A stretch of 64,000 nucleotides of DNA from Octopus sinensis (taxonomy: Eukaryota): positions 28,706,001-28,770,000 of the forward strand of contig NC_043013.1 of assembly GCF_006345805.1 (NCBI RefSeq), in the 5' to 3' direction. Position numbers and translations under genes: made by a program. The notes under the pieces are model-generated. The model did not search any database. It was not told where the DNA came from and saw nothing but the letters and a program-made list of their open reading frames with translations. This document shows positions 63,145 through 64,000 of the stretch, in pieces. Numbering within the stretch: the first letter of the stretch is position 1; each line of letters starts with the position of its first letter.

Positions 63145-64000
63145 ATCATCATCATCATCATCATTTAACGTCCGCTTTCCATGCTAGCATGGGTTGGACG
63201 GTTCAACTGGGGTCTGGGGAGCCCGAAGGCTGCACCAGGCCAGTCAGATCTGGCAGTGTTTCTACAGCTGGATGCCCTTCCTAACACCAACCACTCCGAG
63301 AGTGTAGTGGGTGATTTTATGTGCCACCGACACAGGTGCCAGACGAGGCTGGCGAACGGCCACGCTCGGATGGTGTTTTTATGTGCCACCGACACAGGTG
63401 CCAGACGAGGCTGACGAACGGCCACGATCGGATGGTGTTTGTTACGTGCCCACAGCACGGAGGCCAGTCGATGCGGTACTGGCTACGGCCACGTTCGGAT
63501 GGTTTTCTTGTGTGCCACCGGCACTGGTACCACAAAGATACAAATTCCATTGATGTTCATCTATTTTGATTTGATTTGATTTGATTTTCACTTGCCTCAC
63601 AGGTCTTCACAAGTGTCACAAGAAGAAGGAAGGTATGCACAGGTGAACTGACAACGTCCCAGGTAGGGGCCACGGGTTATGGCCTGACTAGTCTTGCCGG
63701 GTCTTCGGATGATGTTTTTATGTGTCTCCGACACAGGTGCCAGATGGATGGTGTTTGTTACGTGCCCACAGCACGGAGGCCAGTCGATGCGGTACTGGCT
63801 ACGGCCACGTTCGGATGGTTTTCTTGTGTGCCACCGGCACTGGTACCATAAAGATACAAATTCCATTGATGTTCATCTATTTTATTTTGATTTTCACTTT
63901 CACTTGCCTCAAAAGTTCTTCACAAGTGTCACAAGAAGGAAGGTATGCACAGGTGGACTGACTACGTCCCAGGTTGGGGCCACGGATTATGGCCTGACTA
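63145..64000 (-). mobile_element. young RTE 3' UTR with VNTR and a ~316-bp tandem duplication running off the window
   Basis: GATGGTGTTTGTTACGTGCCC recurs at 63431 and 63747; (GAT)n tail at 63145. Confidence 0.85.

Overview
Repeat-dominated, AT-rich eukaryotic DNA. The SINE, LINE and microsatellite make-up points to a cephalopod, probably Octopus (inference). No host protein-coding gene can be supported, and most ORFs in the track are microsatellite translations. Recognisable relics: RTE-clade LINE pieces (one with a C4HC3 PHD finger inside the RT), a CR1-like LINE 5' half, an R4/Dong-like C-terminus, Penelope-like (PLE) RT and GIY-YIG fragments, a truncated mariner, a complete DD35D pogo/Passer element, piggyBac/hAT/mariner MITEs, Helitron/Helentron-like non-autonomous elements, and dozens of tRNA-headed SINEs. 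Two things stand out. First, six hammerhead-ribozyme-like cassettes from at least four sequence families sit in TA-tract-associated or fold-back elements. One has a compensatory G3-C8 core swap and one lies downstream of a tRNA-type Pol III head. Second, a 3.4-kb, 2.26-copy tandem array of a composite Helitron-like unit splits a SINE. It carries a captured SINE with its TSD and a dense cluster of CpG palindromes. All alignments and RNA folds were done by eye; no searches were run.
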